A DNA stretch of 32,000 nt, taken from contig JAHPZH010000009.1 in NCBI GenBank assembly GCA_019058315.1, forward strand, positions 108,505-140,504. The letters run 5' to 3'. A model generated the notes under the pieces. The model made no database searches. It worked only from the letters and a program-made list of their open reading frames with translations, and was not told the origin of the DNA. This document shows, one piece after another, positions 27,260 to 32,000 of this stretch; position 1 is the stretch's first letter, and every line of letters starts with the position of its first letter. Origin of the DNA: Candidatus Helarchaeota archaeon. Its GTDB lineage: Archaea > Asgardarchaeota > Lokiarchaeia > Helarchaeales > RDOG01. Both the position numbers and the translations under genes were made by a program.

Positions 27260-27539
27260 TAAGGTGTTTGAAATTCAAGAAAAGAAAAAATCAGGAGAAA
27301 TTAGTACTACAAAAAAACAAAAATGGATAAAAAAATGGGAACCGCACAAACATTGTTCTGTGTGTGGTGTCGCAATCGCGATGGATAAAGAAGATTTTTG
27401 CTCTTCTAAATGTAGTGGGGAATATCAAGAATGGAAACTCGAGCAAGAAAAGAAAAATAAAAGAAATAGTATTATGATGTTCGTTTTAATGGGTGTCATG
27501 CTCGTTGTAATGTTAATGGTTACAATGTTTAGTAGATAA
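27252..27539 (+). CDS. DUF2116-like zinc-ribbon protein with C-terminal TM
   Basis: HKHCSVCGVAIAMDKEDFCSSKCSGEYQEWK followed by SIMMFVLMGVMLVVMLMVTMF. Confidence 0.75.
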   Translation: MINKVFEIQEKKKSGEISTTKKQKWIKKWEPHKHCSVCGVAIAMDKEDFCSSKCSGEYQEWKLEQEKKNKRNSIMMFVLMGVMLVVMLMVTMFSR

Positions 27540-27566
27540 ACGTAAGTTAAAATATATTGTAAAATT

Positions 27567-27851
27567 TTATTTTTTAAATTCCTTTTCAATTGCCTCAAAA
27601 GCTTTGATTATAGCGTTATCAGCTAATTTTTCAACAACTGAGGTGGATAAAGAGGGAATTTCAAGTTCTAAATCTATTTCTATGTTACAAATATTATTCT
27701 CAATATTAACCTCAATTGTGCTTTCAAGAATTGTGACTTTTGATTTCTTAATTTTTGAAAAAATAAATTCTTTTATTTTAAAATCAGCAATCTCGGATAT
27801 TCTTATTATTTCTTCTTCATTTAAATTGGAAATACCAATTTCATTAATCAT
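27567..27851 (-). CDS. DUF3194-like protein
   Basis: Small acidic alpha/beta ORF immediately downstream of prefoldin beta, the conserved archaeal position of DUF3194. Confidence 0.5.
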   Translation of the reverse strand: MINEIGISNLNEEEIIRISEIADFKIKEFIFSKIKKSKVTILESTIEVNIENNICNIEIDLELEIPSLSTSVVEKLADNAIIKAFEAIEKEFKK

Positions 27852-27898
27852 TTGACATCTAATGTATTGGACTTTAAGAAAAAATAGTATATATTCAA

Positions 27899-28294
27899 CT
27901 ACATTGGACCAAGATTTCCAAGATCTGATGTAGTTCCTGGTCTTTGTAAAGCACTTTGAATTTTAGTCCTAGCTTCTTCGAATTGTTTCCTTGTACGCTC
28001 TTCTTGTCTTTGTATTGTCTTAAGTCTCATCTCTAACGTATCTTTTTTATCAATTAGTTCTTCTTTCACTTTATCTTTTTGGGATTTTACTAAAATTGAA
28101 CCAACGTTTTTATATACAACTGAATCTTCATCTAATTTTTCTAATTCTGATAAGGCTTTTTCCGCCTCTTTCATTCTAATTTCCATTTGACTTTTCTGAG
28201 CAACCAGCATTTCTAATCGTTGTTGGAGTTGCTGAAGTTGCATAATTTGATGTTGTAATTGTGGTGGTATTTCTTGCATCTCTATTTTCTCCAT
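27899..28294 (-). CDS. pfdB: Prefoldin beta subunit
   Basis: QLQQLQQRLEMLVAQKSQMEIRMKEAEKALSELEKLDEDSVVYKNVGSILVKSQKDKVKEELIDKKDTLEMRLKTIQRQEERTRKQFEE. Confidence 0.94.
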   Translation of the reverse strand: MEKIEMQEIPPQLQHQIMQLQQLQQRLEMLVAQKSQMEIRMKEAEKALSELEKLDEDSVVYKNVGSILVKSQKDKVKEELIDKKDTLEMRLKTIQRQEERTRKQFEEARTKIQSALQRPGTTSDLGNLGPM

Positions 28295-28515
28295 TTGGTA
28301 TTTATTTTTATTTCCTCATTTCTTTTATCATTCAAGAGGAATTTTGTAAAAATATAGACTTAATAATAAGATAATATTTTTCTTTATTAAATTTATTTTA
28401 AATTAGATTATTACTTTTTAAATTAAAGAGAATATCTTGACGCAATATTCACCATTTAAGAGAAATTTTTCCTATTTTATCAGAATATATAATTTTTTAA
28501 AATTTAAAAAAGGAG

Positions 28516-28767
28516 TTATTTTGTTATTTCGACAATACCTTCAATAATTTTAATCCAATTAATGTATGAATTTAGGGTTGCACGAAACGCTGTTGTATCT
28601 TTTGCATCAATTGAAATTTTTAATTTATTACCCATTAACATTAATTTTGTACTAGATCTATAACTAAACGACTCATCACTTTCAGGATTAAGGGAGTTAA
28701 AGTATATTTGGGCAATTTTTTCATTAAAAAAATCGAAAATAATTTCACTACAAATTTTTTTTACCAA
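28516..28767 (-). CDS. pcc1: KEOPS complex subunit Pcc1
   Basis: LKISIDAKDTTAFRATLNSYINWIKIIEGI hallmark; located between L37Ae and prefoldin beta. Confidence 0.85.
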   Translation of the reverse strand: MVKKICSEIIFDFFNEKIAQIYFNSLNPESDESFSYRSSTKLMLMGNKLKISIDAKDTTAFRATLNSYINWIKIIEGIVEITK

Positions 28768-28787
28768 CTTTTCACCGTAGAGTCTTA

Positions 28788-29066
28788 TTAAACTTGAGAT
28801 CTAACACGTTTAATTGTTCTAAAAGCCTTTTTTCCTTCATCAGTCATAGGTATCCAAGCTCCACCAGAAAAAACTATTTTACATTTTTTACAACGCCAGA
28901 TTCCTATTGATATCCGCTTCACGGATTTTGTTCTACATTGAGGACATTTATGAGGTGCTTTCATCCTTTCTTCGACTTTTTTTACTCTTTTCCGAACAAT
29001 AGCACCATATCTTGGACCAAATCTTCCTGTAATTCCGACTTTTTTCGTTCTTCCCAATTTTATCAC
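28788..29066 (-). CDS. rpl37ae: Large ribosomal subunit protein L37Ae (eL43)
   Basis: TKKVGITGRFGPRYGAIVRKRVKKVEERMKAPHKCPQCRTKSVKRISIGIWRCKKCKIVFSGGAWIP. Confidence 0.96.
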   Translation of the reverse strand: MIKLGRTKKVGITGRFGPRYGAIVRKRVKKVEERMKAPHKCPQCRTKSVKRISIGIWRCKKCKIVFSGGAWIPMTDEGKKAFRTIKRVRSQV

Positions 29067-29102
29067 TTATTGAATTTGAAGGAAATTTTCACTTAATTAA
29101 TT

Positions 29103-29915
29103 TTAGGGTAGGTATTGAAATAATTCTTTCGATTTTTCTAATGTAATCTCAACACATTTTATAATTTCGTCTTTAGTAAAAATACCTTCTCTACCTTTTT
29201 GTATGCTACAAATATTTCCAGATTCATCTACTGTAATTGTAATGCGTGCATCCATTATGCGATCCTCTTGTTCATTTGGATCAACCAGCAATTTATCTCC
29301 TATCTTTGCTATTGTAACTGAAACTGCTTTATTGGAAAATGGGAGGGATAACCAATCTGCTTTTTTGTATTGTTCACCTAAAACTTCCACTTTATTATCA
29401 ACAATCTCAGTCCTTGGCATTTTTGCAGAAAGTAAAGCTGCCACTCCTGCTAATGTTCCCGCATCAAACATATTTCCATCATAAGATAAAACATATAAAT
29501 CAATAAAAATGATAAAAACTTGTTCGCCAGGAATTAAGCATAATTTAGAATAATCTACTATTTCTGAATGACGAATTCCTCTGTCAACTACACGTGCAAC
29601 CTCAACAGAATCTTCATTTGGTGGTCCTGGTTCGAATATAGGGGATGCAAGAGCTGTAAGCTCGGCATTAACAGTGATTACTCCCCTATCAGGAGTATCT
29701 GGAAATGGAGGTCCAAGTGAAATCTTTACACCTGCAATAATATCTGTATTTCCAATTTTAACACGTGCTGACCCCTCAGCTTTTAGTATTACATCTGTCT
29801 CTACAGATATTTTTCGATAATCTAAAAAATTCCTTCCGTCTATTCTCTGATCCTTTTTTACTAGAGAATTTATATGAGATTTTTCAATTTCAGAAATAAT
29901 TTTAAAAGATTCCAT
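29103..29915 (-). CDS. rrp42: Exosome core subunit Rrp42
   Basis: KKDQRIDGRNFLDYRKISVETDVILKAEGSARVKIGNTDIIAGVKI...LTALASPIFEPGPP. Confidence 0.95.
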   Translation of the reverse strand: MESFKIISEIEKSHINSLVKKDQRIDGRNFLDYRKISVETDVILKAEGSARVKIGNTDIIAGVKISLGPPFPDTPDRGVITVNAELTALASPIFEPGPPNEDSVEVARVVDRGIRHSEIVDYSKLCLIPGEQVFIIFIDLYVLSYDGNMFDAGTLAGVAALLSAKMPRTEIVDNKVEVLGEQYKKADWLSLPFSNKAVSVTIAKIGDKLLVDPNEQEDRIMDARITITVDESGNICSIQKGREGIFTKDEIIKCVEITLEKSKELFQYLP

Positions 29916-30738
29916 TATATATCCTCCTCCTTTGATATTTCAGTTTCAATTTCTTTATCAAGTTGACTATATTTTCCCTTTATCGTCTGAATTTGAATTT
30001 CATTTAATTTTTCAATTCCTTTTTCAGCAATATCCAAGGCTTTACGCATTTCATCAAATGTTATTTGACCATCAAATTGCAAAAGTGTATATGATTTAGA
30101 TCGTGGCATCATTGCAATTGGTAAATCTCCCAAACCTTCTTTATCTTCAACATCCGATAAATCTAGAACTAATGTGGGTGGATCAGGATTTGCAATTTTA
30201 CCTACTGCTACACCACAAACAAGGTCGCGTAATGATATTCCAGCATCCGCTAGAGCTAAAGAAGCCGCAGTAACCGCAGCACAACGTGTACCACCATCTG
30301 CACAAAGGACTTGGATAAAAACATCTATTATAGTTTTTGGATAATATTCAAGAAATATTGATGATTCCAAAGCTTGTCGTAAAATTAGCGAAAGTTCGAC
30401 TTCCCTTCTAGATGGGGCAGGAGATTTTCTCTCATCTACTTTATTCCAAATTATTCACTCGGTATAATTTAAGCGAACGTAGCCATGCGATAAAGTACTC
30501 GCAAAACTGCCGCATCTTGACGGGCTAAATGACGAGGGTGAACTTCACGTGGTCCATAAACTGCGACCAAAATTTTATTCTTTCCCATATTTATTAAAGC
30601 AGAACCATCTGCTTTTGTTAATAATCCCATCTCCATTGAGACTGGTCTTAATTCATCATATTTCCTATTATCTGTTCTTATTCCATCCCTAATTAACCAA
30701 TCAGCTGGGACTTGTTTAAAAAGTGCCATAATTATCAC
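29915..30738 (-). CDS. rrp41: Exosome catalytic subunit Rrp41, interrupted by a 32-nt BHB intron (exon 1 30738..30473; exon 2 30440..29915)
   Basis: The ORF track shows two fragments (30469..30738 and 29915..30370). Removing 30441..30472 gives one 792-nt frame encoding ...AVLRVLYRMATFA-VDERKSPAPSRREVELSLILRQALESSIFLEYYPKTIIDVFIQVLCADGGTRCAAVTAAS..., a full-length archaeal Rrp41. Confidence 0.88.
30441..30472 (-). other. BHB-type intron, 32 nt, in protein-coding rrp41
   Basis: Minus strand: CTAC-GTTC-[GC|T]-TAAATTAT-ACCGAGTGA-ATAATTTG-GAAT-[AA|A]-GTAG. Outer helix CTAC/GTAG, central helix GTTC/GAAT (one G.U), 3-nt bulges GCT and AAA, 8-bp inner helix TAAATTAT/ATAATTTG (one U.G). Confidence 0.83.
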
Positions 30739-30784
30739 CTTTTTATATATTTTTTTAATTCATATCTAAATTTCGATTTTCAAT

Positions 30785-31489
30785 TTACTTCTTCTTTTTT
30801 TCATTCTCTATCAAAATTTTTACTCTATCTGTGAGGCCAGAAGTATGTGCCTCTCGTTCAATTTTCTTAATAATTTTAATCAATAATTGTTCATCTTCTA
30901 AGTTTTTTGTAGATATCCAAACCAAACCATTTTGTCCAACTACGATTTGGCTTTTTGTTGCTTCTTTAATTAAATTTATCATAGAACCCTTTCTTCCTAT
31001 CAATCTAGGTATTTTCGCAGAAGCAATTTTTATTACTTTTCCTCCGCGCAATTTACCATATCCTTTACCTCTTATTGATAGAACAGGATCTCTTGTTCTG
31101 TTAAATGCTATTATCTCCCCCACAATAATTTGTCCGATATCAAAATAATTTTTGATATTATCTTTTAAAGGATTAAATGCTCGGTCTATTACATTTGTAA
31201 CATGTAAGGAAGCTGTATATGGAGAATCAATATCAACTTTCCAGCTAACGATGGATGTATTTATAATTTTTCCTATAACAACATCACCGACCTTAGGTAC
31301 ATAAGGTCCACTGAAGGGAACTACATATACATTATTATTTCCTCTAATCTCTGAAAACCCAATAATAGATGCATAAAGTTTATCCTCTTCCTTGTATGTT
31401 CCAAATCCTGCTCTATACTTAGAACCTTCTACAATTAATTCGCCTGGCACTACAATACGATGCCGTTCAAAACTATCTCCATTTGACAA
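30785..31489 (-). CDS. rrp4: Exosome RNA-binding subunit Rrp4 (S1 + KH)
   Basis: IVVPGELI...GFGTYKEEDKLYASIIGF; VGDVVIGKI; KIPRLIGRKGSMINLIKEATKSQIVVGQNGLVWI. Confidence 0.95.
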   Translation of the reverse strand: MSNGDSFERHRIVVPGELIVEGSKYRAGFGTYKEEDKLYASIIGFSEIRGNNNVYVVPFSGPYVPKVGDVVIGKIINTSIVSWKVDIDSPYTASLHVTNVIDRAFNPLKDNIKNYFDIGQIIVGEIIAFNRTRDPVLSIRGKGYGKLRGGKVIKIASAKIPRLIGRKGSMINLIKEATKSQIVVGQNGLVWISTKNLEDEQLLIKIIKKIEREAHTSGLTDRVKILIENEKKKK

Positions 31490-31517
31490 AAAAAGTCCTC
31501 CTTTATTTTTAAAACTG

Positions 31518-32000
31518 TTAAAAGAGTGTTTCCTTTAATTTCTTAATATCATGTTTACCTTTTGTTAAATTTTTAAGTTGGTCATTTAATTCAGCATGGA
31601 CACCAACAGGAAGGTCAATTAATGCTATCCATGATCCATCAGATTGCCATTCATCTTTAGAAATTGTACCATACTTTGAAACAATGCCATAAGCTTTTCC
31701 TGTATATTGAGCTGGAATTTTTACAGCAAGAGTAATTCGTTCCATTTTAATAGGGATAATTTCTGCTAATTTCTTCACAATTTTCTTTGCTTGCTCAACA
31801 ATTTCCTCATTGGAATCTATAGATATTTTTGCATCTTCCATTGCACGTTCAATGCGAGCTGGTGGATGTGGAAGCCCAGTTTTGGGATTTACACAATTAC
31901 GATTGATAAAATAAATAATTTTTTTTCTAATTTTCTCCGTAAATTCTTTTCTCATTTCAGCTGTAATGTGCAGTTCTCCATTTTTTAAAATCTCTTCTGA
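31518..32000 (-). CDS. sdo1: SBDS/Sdo1 ribosome maturation protein (runs off right window edge)
   Basis: FINRNCVNPKTGLPHPPARIERAMEDAKISID...IPIKMERITLAVKIPAQYTGKAY...EWQSDGSWIALIDLPVG. Frame is open upstream to 32000 (SEEILKNGELHITAEMRKEF), so 31955 is not the true start. Confidence 0.94.
   Translation of the reverse strand, partial: SEEILKNGELHITAEMRKEFTEKIRKKIIYFINRNCVNPKTGLPHPPARIERAMEDAKISIDSNEEIVEQAKKIVKKLAEIIPIKMERITLAVKIPAQYTGKAYGIVSKYGTISKDEWQSDGSWIALIDLPVGVHAELNDQLKNLTKGKHDIKKLKETLF

Noticed and set aside
30371-30468. Rrp41 as a simple pseudogene, assembly frameshift or programmed frameshift
   Set aside because: A single indel would not restore the frame cleanly: 32 extra nt with three in-frame stops interrupt the conserved region. 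A strict BHB coincides exactly with the extra segment and both halves are fully conserved. Kept only as the alternative to be excluded by reads.
30831-31148. ORF antisense to rrp4
   Set aside because: Antisense to conserved KH/S1 coding sequence.
1-32000. CRISPR array, transposon, integrase or prophage elements
   Set aside because: No regularly spaced direct repeats, no transposase-like ORFs; gene content is core archaeal/Asgard.

Overview
This AT-rich window looks archaeal and most likely Asgard (Lokiarchaeota-like). That lineage is inferred from gene content, not from any search. It contains: (1) an ESCRT locus made of the N-terminal MIT domain of a Vps4-like ATPase cut by the left window edge and missing from the ORF track, two tandem Vps2/24/46-type ESCRT-III paralogues, a HerA/DUF87-type ATPase with a coiled-coil tail, and a divergent Vps20/32/60-type ESCRT-III with an ELPEVP (MIM2-like) motif; (2) Sec61beta, a MazG-like protein, a CBS protein, the PolD large subunit DP2, a membrane protein with a MIT/TPR-like tail, Elf1, and a large longin-like/TPR-like protein; (3) the L11-L1-L10-L12 ribosomal operon; (4) RNA/protein modification genes (NSUN-type, Pcm, DUF371, Trm5), AlaRS and UMP kinase; (5) an archaeal exosome/prefoldin superoperon (SBDS, Rrp4, Rrp41, Rrp42, L37Ae, Pcc1, prefoldin beta, DUF3194). 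The strongest new signals are two bulge-helix-bulge (BHB) introns. One is a 32-nt intron inside the protein-coding rrp41 gene (30441..30472, minus) whose removal restores a full-length conserved exosome subunit. The other is a 30-nt intron inside the T-loop (position 59/60) of a tRNA-Arg(UCU) gene (21522..21551, minus). Both match the hBHBh' geometry, with a 4-bp central helix, two 3-nt bulges and an 8-bp inner helix.
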